In this document: positions 52,534-64,000 of the stretch, one piece after another
Layout of the letters: the number at the start of each line of letters is the position of its first letter
How positions within the stretch are numbered: the first letter of the stretch is position 1
Assembly (NCBI RefSeq): GCF_026210795.1
Contig: NC_089432.1
Location: forward strand, 1,240,001 to 1,304,000
From: Rhizophagus irregularis
Lineage: Eukaryota
Direction: 5' to 3'
DNA length: 64,000 nucleotides
Notes under the pieces: model-generated
What the model was told of the DNA's origin: nothing
What the model saw: only the letters and a program-made list of their open reading frames with translations
Database searches by the model: none
Program-made: the position numbers and the translations under genes

Positions 52534-53860
52534 GTGCCGTCGGTATCACAAAATATGGATTTTACCATTTAAGTATTTAACAAATTATCGAAATATAATT
52601 ACGGCATATGAAGTTTATACCGTAATATATTAAATCGCCGTAATACCGTAATTATTTAATGTCAAAAATACAAAAATTACACAAAGTAAGTTAATAATTC
52701 TGACGGAAAGTATATTTAAAAATTAATCGTTTCACTCTGAAAAAAAGCTATTTTCGTAAAATTGAAAAAGGGAAATTGCTAAATGAAAATTTTAATTTAT
52801 TTTATAATTTAACACTATTTTTATATGTAATTTTATGGGAAAAAAATAAAATTAGAGTTTTAGGATTTTATTCCAAAATTAACTAAAATGTAATCGTCTT
52901 TATAAGTTATATGCATTTTTTAATAAGTTTATGTTACACGGGAATTTAGTATGTTATATTATAGGTTTTTCCAAATGGGGAGATCTCTATAAAAAATTGT
53001 TCTTCAAAAGTAGTTAAGGTCTTCCTAATTCTTTTTTTAATTATATATTCCAGTGGTTAATAACAATTTTTTTTTTCATCGGGTTGACTTTATGAATTTG
53101 GTTTAATATAAATTTGGTTTGGATCGTAAATTTTAACTTTCTTTAATTTTTTTTTGACTATAATCACTATAAAAAAAAAACTTCCATATTTGAAAAAGAA
53201 AAGCAATTCTAATCTAAAAAAATTCGTTTTTTTCTTGTAAATGGTCAAATTTCCCGAAAGAAATTCAAAAATATCGGAAAACGTGATCAACTGGGAATCA
53301 CGAGGGTTGTTCGGAGATCTCCATATTAGGATTAATTTTTTAGTTTGTTCTATAATTAGATATTCAAAAATAAATATATAAATGAATGAATAACTAAATA
53401 AATATAGAATGATGGAAAAGCAACGCATGAATAGTTTGTAAATCATTAGTCATATTTTTTTTTATAAGTACACAAATGTCCGGACGTGATGTTATACAAT
53501 ACAACATTATAAGTAAAATTTGAACAACGTTTCCTAGTATATAATTGAGACCAAATATATGATTGACCATATTTCTTATTATAGGTCTTGGAAGACAAAA
53601 ATCTCCCAGTTTTTTCATATAGACATTAATCATGCGATCAAAAAAGGCGGGCATATCTTTAGTTCCGCTGATCTACTGATTTTGATTGACAAGATAAATT
53701 TGAAATGTCTGATCATTTTTCCACGTTACAAGGGGTTGTAGCACATTTAAATATAAGCTCAGTACATTCTTAATAAACATAATGCACAGAATATACTCAA
53801 GAATATAAAATGGCCAAATTTCCTACGTTTCTAAAGAAATTCTAAATTTTTTTTTCAAAC

Positions 53861-54484
53861 ATGCCTAAAATCACTTTAAAACAAAATTATCGCAAGCGGG
53901 ATAGATTTGTTAATTCTAATATAAATACAGATAATTTCAATTTACGTGGCAAAACTAATAGTGGTAAAGGCGACTCCAAAAATATTCTCACTATCCTCAA
54001 ACCATCATTTCCTTCAACCTTAATGTTAGATGATCTAATTAAAAGAAATACCAACAGTAAGCCAAAATTGCTTCCAAATGCTTTTATTGCATATAGGATG
54101 GCATTGATGAAAGAATATCGTATTAAAAATTGTAAATTACCTCCTATGGGTGAAGTTTCTAAAATCGCTAAAAATTCTTGGAATATAGAACCTAAACACG
54201 TAAAGGACTTTTATGAATCACTTGTTGAGGATGCAAAAGCAATTTATAAACAAAATAATATTCAAATTATATTAGATAAACATATGGGTAATCATGTGGT
54301 AAATAGTCAAGAAAACGATGCAACATATAATGCAGTCGTAAATGAAGATAGCCAGATTCAGAATCCTTTTGATGTTGAGAATTCTAATAAATCTAGCTTT
54401 CTTAGTGTCGATTCTACTTCGATTGGCGATCAAGAGTACATTAATGTGTTGGAACAAATAATTTACTGTTTACTTAAAAATTAA
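53861..54484 (+). CDS. MATA-type HMG-box protein
   Basis: LPNAFIAYRMAL..MGEVSKIAKNSWNIEPKHVKDFY; C-terminal DQEYINVLEQIIYCLL. Confidence 0.88.
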   Translation: MPKITLKQNYRKRDRFVNSNINTDNFNLRGKTNSGKGDSKNILTILKPSFPSTLMLDDLIKRNTNSKPKLLPNAFIAYRMALMKEYRIKNCKLPPMGEVSKIAKNSWNIEPKHVKDFYESLVEDAKAIYKQNNIQIILDKHMGNHVVNSQENDATYNAVVNEDSQIQNPFDVENSNKSSFLSVDSTSIGDQEYINVLEQIIYCLLKN

Positions 54485-55641
54485 TATATAAATTGAAAAA
54501 TAGTACCGTACTCGCTTTACTCGCTTTTTACACATTTAATAATTTAATAAGTCGTGAGAAACTAAATTAGTATTTCTACTTTATAAACCTATGTTACACA
54601 GGAATTTAACGTGCAATTTTATAGATTTTTCCAAATCGGGAAACCTCTATGAAAAAGATATTCAAGTCTTCCTCATTTTAGATTACTATTTTACATAATT
54701 TTCACTCATAAATTTGCAATTATACATTCCAGTAAATAATTAATAATCATGTACAATTAATTTTCTATGAATTTGGGTTGTATAGTAAGTTTTACTTAAC
54801 TCAAATAATAATATTTATTATATATAAGAAAGATTCTTTTTTAGTTTATTAAATCATTTTTCTCATGAGATTGATTGATAAAGATAATTTCACTTATCCA
54901 AAAAATTCCATAATGTTACTAAATAAGTTTGTTAGAACTAAATAAATTTCAATTTCGAGAAATCTTATAAATTCCAAAAGTTTAGCGGGTTCAAAAAAAT
55001 TTTTTATATTTGAAAAAAGATATTGATTTCTAGTTGCAAAATAGCCAAATTCTCAAAAAAAAAAAAAAAACCAAAAAAAAAATTAATAGCGATGCAAATC
55101 CGAATACATTTATTTAGAATTAAGATTTTTCGAATATAAGATTACATGCGATGTTTAAATGATTGGCCGTCGTTGAGTCATCTGTACGGTCATATCTCCC
55201 TTATCAAATTTGGTAAGTAATTTCAATAATTGGTCTATTCATCTGTAAACTGCAACCCTATAATCTATAATTTGTAATGCACATAATAACAGCAATGAAT
55301 AATATATAATGTAACATGCCGAATATGAACAAAATGATTGGTATCATGATCCTATGAGATAACAGATATTACATAATATACAGAAAATTGAGTCTGCACG
55401 CATATATAATTTTACCGTGTAGGTCATATGTTAGGCAGGCAATTAAATTTTAAGAAACACTCCTAAAAGTAAATAATCTGTCACAACAACGTGGCCATGA
55501 AAAATGAACAATGCGTGACAAATCGGTATTGTTATTAATTAACGTTACGCCAAGTATTAAAAAAATATCGATGTTCTGTCCAAATTTCCTACGTCCCTAA
55601 AAGTAGTTTCAAATTTATTTAATTTTTTGTAAATCTTTAAT

Positions 55642-56468
55642 ATGCCCAAAATCACTTTAAAAAAAAAATATCGCAAACGTGACGTATCATTTATTAATTC
55701 TAATATCTATGGCGATTTATGAATTAATCCAAAACATTCAACTAATGTTCCTCAAACTTATAATTATCCTGTGTGAAAAATTTGAAATGTCTATCTATTT
55801 GAGCGCTAATATTTATTCAGCGTTTTGGATGTAGAACCTAGGTGGATTCGGAGTAACAGAGCACAAGAATGATCTCGATTCTATGCAAATGATTCCAAAT
55901 TATGTGGCAAAACTAATACTGCTAGTGGTAGAGGCGAGTCAGGCGACTCCAACAATATTCTCACTATCCTCAAACCAACTTTTTCTCCAATATTAACGAT
56001 TAACGATTTAACTAAAAATGCCAATACAAATAGCAAACTTCCTAACGCTTTTATTGCGTTGATGAAAGAATATCGCGTTAAAAATTGTTAATTTCCTTCT
56101 ATGGGTGAAGTTTCTAAAATCGCAAAAAATTCTTGGAATATAGAACCTAAACACGTAAAGGATTTTTATGATCACTTGTTGAGGGTGCAAAATTATCTTA
56201 TAAGCAAAATAATATTCAAATCTTTTTGGATAAACATATAAACTATATGGAAAATAATCAAGAAGGCGATGTAACCTATGACGAAAATCTAAATTCTGTG
56301 AATTCACTCATAGTAATGAAGTTAGTTTTTCTAGTGTCAGTTCAATTGATATTTCTACTAAATAATTCTACTTCGATTAACACCTCATATGATGTGAATT
56401 CAACACCTAATGACCGAGAGTACATTGGAGTATTGGAACAAATAATTAATTATTTACTTAGAAATTAA
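55642..56468 (+). pseudogene. HMG-box pseudogene with an insertion and frameshifts
   Basis: Starts MPKITLK like 53861; LPNAFIA has a deletion; ends DREYIGVLEQIINYLLRN. Confidence 0.8.
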
Positions 56469-56538
56469 TCATTTCTAAGATTGACGCCTCAACTGTTTTT
56501 TAAATAGTTGCGAAATTACGACTATATAATAAAACTTA

Positions 56539-56596
56539 GAGTTGCGGGTTGCGGGTTGCGGGTTGCGGGTTGTGGGTTGCGAGTTGCGAGTTACGA
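56539..56596. repeat. 7-bp minisatellite (GCGGGTT)n
   Basis: Seen directly. Confidence 0.85.
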
Positions 56597-57331
56597 TTAG
56601 TAAGGCTTACTAGTTGCAGCGTCATCTCTAATCGTTTCATGGTAAATCTGCAAAAAACATCGATAGCCCTATAAAAAGTTTTAGAAAATTTCGCAAACGC
56701 GTTACAACATAATTTGAATTGTGTAATGTATAGCATGTCTCCGTCAAAATTATTACGGATTTCTATCATGTAATTGAGCTCTACAATTCAAAAAAAAGTT
56801 CATCATGGGAAAATAATTTAATCAATAGATTCGTAATAATTGTTCATGCTAGAACTTATTTCCAGGTGTGAACAATTATCTATATTCTGATATGGTTTTA
56901 AGTTCAGCAGAGCAACGGACAATTATTAGTCAATTATTAATGAATTATGACGAAAATCACGGGGTTTGATAGAATAAATTTCTAGAATTAAGATATTCGA
57001 AAATTTGAAAATGAATATATAAAAATAAATAAAGATTTCCAAATAATCATTTTGACTATCTTTATCACGTAACTTATATTAATCAAAAACAACATAATTG
57101 CGAAAGGATTCTGTTGACTATGCATATGAGACGAAATGTTTCAGCCATTTCGGCCATATGACAGCAATTCGGTTAGACTCAAGAATTTTTGTAACCTATG
57201 TTTAATAACTTCGAAAGATCTGGTCGAAATTATTGCAGATTTGGTAAAAATGATGCGGAACTGGCCCAAATTATCGGAGGTAAAAAAAAATTATCTCCAG
57301 ATCTACAAGATTCATAACGTACAGTGAGGAA

Positions 57332-57432
57332 GTACGATATTAACGTACGAACTGGCCCGAGTTTAGGAGTTATGCACTTGCACGTTATAGCGTTAACGTT
57401 AATTTCGGCAAGTTCGTACTTTAATATCGTAC
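57332..57432. mobile_element. Short palindromic MITE-like element
   Basis: gtacgatattaa.gtacgaact ... agttcgtac.ttaatatcgtac. Confidence 0.55.
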
Positions 57433-57992
57433 AACATTAAGGAAACCCTTCAACCGGATGAAGTGTTCGGAAATGATCTGGTCATTTGACCATTTTTCGG
57501 ATTAGGAATCATTTGTTCAAATGATACCCGATCATTTGTCATTTGTCATTTCACAAATGACCAAGATGCCAGATGCCAAATGATTGAATGTCATTTGACC
57601 GTCATTTACATCATTTGTCATTTGGATATTTGTCATTAAAATACAGAAATATTATTGGACAATTTAACAAATGAAGGATATGTATAATCGTGAAAATCAT
57701 AATCTCTCACAGAATTATTCTACTAAACTATTTCTTTTTTTACTGTAATTTAAGAATCAGCTTTAACAACCAATATTATAGCCACAATTACTAAAGTAAT
57801 AAATAATAATATGTTATTTATTATGTAAATTTATTATACATAAATAAAATTTTATGACCATCTTATGGTTAAAGATATTAAACAATTCATATGTGAAAAT
57901 GGATAATGATTGAGATATATTAAATCATTTTATTGCAAATTTATTTAGATTGCCAGTAAAATAAAGCTGTATGATGAAAAGATCTTCGGCGA

Positions 57993-58122
57993 CCCTATAA
58001 AAAAAAAATGTCCGAAAATTGTCGTCGAAAATGTCCAGAAAGTGTCCAGGTGTCCGGGGAAATTCACAATAACTTAGCGTCCAGTATATTGCAATTTTCC
58101 GAACATTTTTTTTTTTATAGGG
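57993..58122. mobile_element. CCCTATA-terminal MITE with 3-bp TSD (same family as 43874)
   Basis: cga|ccctataaaaaaaa ... ttttttataggg|cga. Confidence 0.7.
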
Positions 58123-58130
58123 CGAAATAA

Positions 58131-58277
58131 AATAATTCTGTGAATTTTATTTTTATTTCAACGTGAACTAGGTCACAGTACAAATTACAAAAACACTGCA
58201 AAAGAGCCTGAAGTAATCTTTTAAAACTATGAACCAAACCGTCGCTGTCGTGACGATGTTACCTTTGGTTAAATAAT

Positions 58278-58312
<35 letters not shown>

Positions 58313-59087
58313 ATTTATTTTATGTGAAGTTGGCAAGGTATACAAAAAGATATGAACAATCTATCGAAAGTTACTAATCTACATAGAACCTGTCATCCGT
58401 CAAGGTACCACCAGGATGAACCCTTACTTCTAATGGAGATTTAGGGTGACCCAACTAGGGCCACCCTAAACCCACCCCGGACCACCTACATCAGTAGGTA
58501 TTTTTTGGTATTTGGGGCCAACTGCAGCGTATCAGGGGGAGGCGAACACACTATGCCCACCCCGACCGGTGTAAGGATTAAATTGGTTGACCATAAATAA
58601 TTCTGTGAATTTATTTTTTATTTTTTATTTTTAATATCCACGTGAACTAGATTACAGGAAGATAGACAAGAACTAAAGATATAACTAAAGTCAAACGCTA
58701 CCTAAAACTATGCTATAATCAAACCGCCTGAGAACGGTGCCACCCTGGTACGAATAAAAAAGAACTACGGGAGATTCACCGAAGCAAATGCTCCCGTCTA
58801 ATACTAGAGAAAAGGCTAAAGGGATATTAAGTAATCGCACTGAGAAGTGATCTATGGGAGTCTAAAAGGTTCGAAACAGGTAAATAATTATGAGAAAAAA
58901 ATAATAGAGTGTCTCTATAAGATTCCCACGACCCACTATGTAAAAAGTTGCACGTAGTCCACCTAATGCTAGCGGAAGCGTCAACATTAACAATATGTTT
59001 AAAATAAGGCAGAGTTTTGTTGTGATAATATCTCGTATATTGGCTCCTATTTCTTTGTGTGGGAACCGAAAGCGAATAATTCTGTGA
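58131..59087 (-). mobile_element. Three stacked 5'-truncated non-LTR retrotransposon 3' ends separated by a 13-bp TSD-like repeat
   Basis: AATAATTCTGTGA at 58131, 58272, 58596 and 59075; each of the three inserts begins with a T-rich tail; the longest carries an ORF end (..IRWTTCNFLHSGSWESYRD..). Confidence 0.75.
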
Positions 59088-59637
59088 ATGGAGTTTATGA
59101 TTAAATAATATAGAAAATTGATAAATCACGTGATTCTAAATCTTTTTTACTACTATTAAAACTTTTTTTTTTATTTATATTAAATAGATTTAGTTTTAAT
59201 ATTTACAAGATAATTAATAAAAATATTTAATATTCTTCAAATGACTTAAATAATCAGTCATTTGAAGTAATTTTTTGCGCCCGGAATTCGGATAATATAA
59301 ATTATAAAAAAATTTTTTTCTTTTACGTAATGCCATAATTTGGGCCAACTTATAATTCTGGCCAGAATTTAATTCTATTTTAGGAAATAATGTTACAAAA
59401 GGAAAATAATTTTTGTGGAACGGTTGTCACCAAAAAAGGATCTGATCGACATACCTTGCGTTAATTCTGGTCAGAGTTATAACTTGGCCAGAATTATGAC
59501 GATCAATATGATAAGATCCGCCGAAACTTTTTAAATTTTTATTTTTTTTTTCTTTTAATTGGTCAATATTTTATTTTATTTATTTTATTTTTTTTTTGGT
59601 CGGATTCGGCTGAAACCTTCAACCATAAAAAACAGAA

Positions 59638-59793
59638 TGTGTTAAATTTGTTTTATATTTGTGTTCATGTGTAAAAAAGCACCATTTTGTTTGATTTTTG
59701 TTTTTTTGTGATAAAACATAAATTGGACAAAATGATGCTTTTTTGGACGTTTTTTATTACACATGAACACAAATATAAAATGAGTTTAACACA
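59638..59793. mobile_element. Palindromic MITE
   Basis: tgtgttaaa..ttttatatttgtgttcatgtgtaa / ttacacatgaacacaaatataaaa..tttaacaca. Confidence 0.7.
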
Positions 59794-59879
59794 ATAGGTA
59801 ATTCTCTTTTTCTTTTTCTTTTGGCCGGATCCTGACCAAAACTTTTAATTTTTATGTCATGAATTAATGTTACAAATGC

Positions 59880-59955
59880 CAACAATTCTACTTCACAATC
59901 GAGAGTACATTAAAGTGTTGGAACAAATAATTGATTGTTTACTTAAAAATTTAAT
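59880..59955 (+). pseudogene. C-terminal fragment of an HMG paralog
   Basis: cgagagtacattaaagtgttggaacaaataattgattgtttacttaaaaat (REYIKVLEQIIDCLLKN), followed by the shared 3' flank. Confidence 0.75.
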
Positions 59956-60053
59956 CGATTTATGTTGACAAATCTGAAAAAAAGATCGATAATTTATTCC
60001 GTGAAATTGAAAATAATATTTATTCGTTTTTTACACATAAATTTAATAAGTTA

Positions 60054-61662
60054 CTAGCAGTAACCCATTGCTTCGCACCGGGATTAGTAAGTTGCTTTAA
60101 ATTAATGTAGTAATGAATAATGAAAAGGAAATTCTGATTTATGTTTAGAAATTTTAAGTATTATTCTTGTTCATAATTAGAAATTTAAAGGAGTGCAAAT
60201 AAATAAAAATATAAAATATTAAAAACATTCCTAACAATTGAATTTTAAAACATCATACAATACAAAATATATAGTAAATTATACTTACAATATTAAATAC
60301 TTTGAAAGATTTCATTATATATAATGTTTTAATTTAGTCTGAAAGTGATGCACATGCTAAAATGTTGTTATAACCTCTTTTATCAGGCATTTACTAATTG
60401 GTGATTTATGTTAGTACAACCAGTTACTAAGTTGTATAAAAAATACCTATTACGTAAGCCTGATAAAACAGTTACTCGGCACAACGTGACCTCATAACTG
60501 CGGCACTGTCGTGCCTTACATGTATTTGCAATAAGAATATGATCAGTAAAATTTACTGAGCTGCGCTCAGTAAATCCCACCAATCATATTGCTTATTGCA
60601 AATACAACAGTTACTCGGCACGAAGTGCCGAGTAACTATTAAATATTTTTGCGAAATGAATTTGCATCAGAACTTGATGAAATATACAAATTTAGTAAAT
60701 ATGATGGTGGTTTAAGTAAAGGTGATTTTTCCACCAGTACAACATACAGCAAAAGATGGTGAAGTTTTGCGACTATCACGATCTTTTTCTTCTATTCAAA
60801 ACTTGGCATCACAATGGATACAGATCTGATCCATTCTACCAAGTTCATGACGCTTTATGTAAATGATATTTTGTCTGGTTTTTCGTCTTTTTCTGTAATG
60901 GGCGGCTTGACGTTCATTATTTAATCTTCTTTTTCCGTTGTTTAGGTGTTTCACTTTGAAAAGTTCTATATCAATTTCAGTATATATAAGTAGATGTGTT
61001 ATATTGATGGAAATTTGATGCAAATCTTATTATTACACGAAGGTTATTGTAGAATTTATGATTTATTTATGTGCTTACAAATGCATTACAAAGGCAATTT
61101 TAAATATTTTATTGATATAAAAACAAAAATATCATCATAGCGTTTTATTGTTAAAAAAATCTTTATAATCTATATAATCAAAAAAATACATCGCAAAAAA
61201 AAAAACCCGTTATAGGGATCTATCATTATTGCTAAAGATAGTTAATTACCTATCGCTTATAAATATTAGCGAAAGGGAAATTATCGAGAATCAAAATTAA
61301 TTCTCTTGCACAGAATGAATCTGCCGATCAAGTGGTCTTAACTATTAAGGCGCAACATTAGTAATTAACATTGCATGTATCGGACTATAAGAAAACGTAA
61401 TAGATCAGGTGCAGAGGCGCAGATGAATAACGCACAATTCAAAGATTATTTATACAGGCTAATCTAAACGTTAGTCACACAAACACCATTTTTTTTAATT
61501 ATATATATATCGGACCATAAGAAAACGTAATAGATCAGGTGCAGAGGCGCAGATGAAATAACGCACAGTTCAAAGATTATTTATACAGGCTAATCTAAAC
61601 GTTAGTCACACAAACACCATTCTTTTTAATTATATATATATAGAGAATATAGATTATATAGA
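60054..61662 (-). mobile_element. Internally deleted Helitron
   Basis: On the minus strand: 5' A|TCTATATAATC, 3' hairpin cccggtgcgaagcaatggg then CTAG|T. RepHel remnants: LGRMDQICIHCDAKF*IEEK..FAVCCTGGK..FRKNI and C-terminal NIIYNEIF. Internal duplication of about 130 bp at 61378-61640. Confidence 0.82.
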
Positions 61663-62805
61663 TTTTAACCTTATGTTACACAGAAATTTAATATGCAATT
61701 TTATAGATTTTCCCAAATCGGGAAATCCCTATTGGAAAAATATTGTAATTAATAATTAAATATAATTGTTTTTGTTGGTTGGCCTTAGAATTGGTTAGTA
61801 CAAGTTTGGTCGGGATCGTCAATTTTAACCCAAATTATAAGAATTTTTTTATGTTGTTTTTTTTTTCGTTCAATGAGGTTTTAAAATATTCATGAAATTG
61901 ATTAGTCAATTATAATTTCTCTTATCCAAAAAAATATTCTATTGAAAAAATTCATAATGTTAAAGTGTTTGAAAATAGATAATAATTTCGAGGAATTTTA
62001 CAAATATCGAAAGTTTAGCGGTACAGAAATTCTCCATGTAAAAAACGAAAAATTTTAGTAATAATTTTTGTTGTAAAATGACCAAATTCTCAAAAAATTT
62101 TTATTTTACATATGTTCAACGCCTCAACCTTTAAAACTAAGATATCATATACGTACTATCACGACAATAATTAGTAATTCTTAATTCGAATGCAAATCCT
62201 AATACTGCTATATTATAAGCCAAATAATAGGGAGAATCGGATGTTTATTTGTGCCTTTTGTGCCTATCTATTATATTGATTATACGCTATAATTAATAGA
62301 ATTTAACTAAGTTTGCTCTGGAAGATTATTCGAAGATTATATATACAAATAAACAAACAAACAAATAAATAAGACAATGACGTTTTTAAACCCATGAATA
62401 GTTTCACAAGTGTAAATCGCTAATAAATCACACGAATTGAGGCTGTACATATTTATAGAACAAAGATATTAAGATTTTAAGAAAGCAGAGCAAATCATCT
62501 GCTTCTAATAATAAATTCAAATTTAACATGATAAACAGCTTGACAAGGTAAAAATTTTATCATTATACTCGAAGCATTGATCCGATACTGCGGTATAACT
62601 TTTTATCGAGTTTCACCGCGCGTAGAAATAAAAAATGCCAAGAAAACTATTTTTAGAAGCGAGCGGGTTCGGAACTCCAGATGAGCGTCATACCATGTAT
62701 TAAAAGAAATTAATATATCGATATTTTTGCTATAAAATGGCCAAATTTTCCACGTCTCTAAAGAAGTAAATGAGATTCAAATTTATTTAGTTAGTAATTT
62801 TCAAT

Positions 62806-63366
62806 ATGCCCAAAATCTCTTCAAATCAACAATATTACAAAAACGGCGAAAACTCCATTATTCTCAAACCATCATTTCCTTCTACTTTAATGATGGATGA
62901 TCTAATTAAAAAAAACAATACTAATAATAATCCAAAACCTCTTCCAAACGCTTTTATTGCATATCGAATGGCATTAATGAAAGAATATCGCATTAAAAAT
63001 TGTAAATTACCTCCTATGAGTAAAGTTTCTAAAATCGCAAAAAATTCTTGGAACATGGAACCTAAACACGTAAAGGATTATTATGAATCACTTGTTAAGG
63101 ATGTAAAATCAATTTATAAACAAAATAATATTCAAATCGTGTTGGATAAACACATGAGCGGCATGGTAAATAATCAAGAAAGTTATGACACAGTCGTGAA
63201 TGAAAATCACCAGACTCAGAATTCTGGTAATGCTGAGAATTCTATCCATGATAATAAATTTAGCTCTCCTAGTGTCAGTTCAACTGATAGTTTGACTACT
63301 TCGATCAACGATCGAGAGTACATTAAAGTGTTGGAACAAACAATTGATTATTTACTTAAAAATTAA
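62806..63366 (+). CDS. MATA-type HMG-box protein
   Basis: LPNAFIAYRMAL..MSKVSKIAKNSWNMEPKHVKDYY; C-terminal DREYIKVLEQTIDYLL. Confidence 0.88.
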   Translation: MPKISSNQQYYKNGENSIILKPSFPSTLMMDDLIKKNNTNNNPKPLPNAFIAYRMALMKEYRIKNCKLPPMSKVSKIAKNSWNMEPKHVKDYYESLVKDVKSIYKQNNIQIVLDKHMSGMVNNQESYDTVVNENHQTQNSGNAENSIHDNKFSSPSVSSTDSLTTSINDREYIKVLEQTIDYLLKN

Positions 63367-64000
63367 TTGATTTATGTTTACAAATCTTAAAAAAAAAGCA
63401 TTGACCGTGAAATTGAAAAATAGTATTTATTTGTTTTTTTACACATAAATTTAATAGGTATATGAAATCCATTTAATATTTTAAATGGAGCTTATGTCAC
63501 ACAGGAATCCACTAATATGCTTATGTTACACAGAAATTTAATATGCAATTTAATAGATTTTTCCAAATCGGGAAATACCTATGGAAAATATTTAAAGTCT
63601 TCCTAATTATGGTTACTATATGACGTTTTTTTTTTATTCATGACTTTTGCAATTAATAATCAAATATAATTATTTTTCGTTGGTTGGCTTTATGAATTTT
63701 ATGAATTAATTTTAACCCAAATTACTCGTATTTTATTATAATAAATTTATAAGGAGCAAGAATTTTTTTTATAAGTTAATTAAACCGTTTTTTTTTTCGT
63801 TCAATAAGGTTTTAAACATTCATGAAATTGATTAGTTAATTATAATTTCTCTTATCCAAAAAATATTCTATACAAAAAAAAATTCATAATGTTAATAAAA
63901 GTGTTAAAAAATAAATAAATTCCGAAAATTTGGCGGTACAGAAATTTTCCATGTAAAAAAACGAATATTTTTAGCATTAATTTGTGTTGTAAAATGATCA

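Noticed and set aside
58131..59087. True CRISPR array
   Set aside because: The repeat is only 13 bp, spacers are long and unequal with retrotransposon tails, there are no cas genes and the context is eukaryotic.
62655..62700. tRNA or SINE B-box-like gggttcggaactcc
   Set aside because: Imperfect B box, no A box and no cloverleaf.
27833..63366. HMG array as the mating-type locus
   Set aside because: No Mucorales-type TPT/RNA-helicase flanks and no homeodomain HD1/HD2 pair are visible; these HMG genes are highly multicopy in AM fungi.

Overview
Very AT-rich, intron-containing eukaryotic DNA. The gene content (TKL kinase-Sel1, stand-alone Sel1 proteins, many MATA-type HMG-box paralogs, a TRP-like channel, a Crinkler-like REase relic) strongly resembles an arbuscular mycorrhizal fungus (Glomeromycotina, Rhizophagus-like); this is an inference. 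Apparently intact genes: a 4-exon DUF262 (GmrSD/ParB-like) gene, a secreted LxxR-repeat protein, three tandem kinase-less Sel1 genes, five intronless HMG-box genes, an F-box-like gene and a 5-exon non-RD TKL kinase-Sel1 gene. Relics: at least four HMG pseudogenes or fragments, a TRP-like channel pseudogene and two nuclease pseudogenes. Intergenic DNA is full of non-autonomous transposons (hAT-, Tc1/mariner-, CMC- and Transib-like MITEs, foldback elements, a deleted Helitron, truncated LINE 3' ends). The most unusual structure is at 58131-59087: three different 5'-truncated LINE ends stacked at one 13-bp target, giving a repeat-spacer array. All calls come from reading the sequence by eye; no database searches were run.
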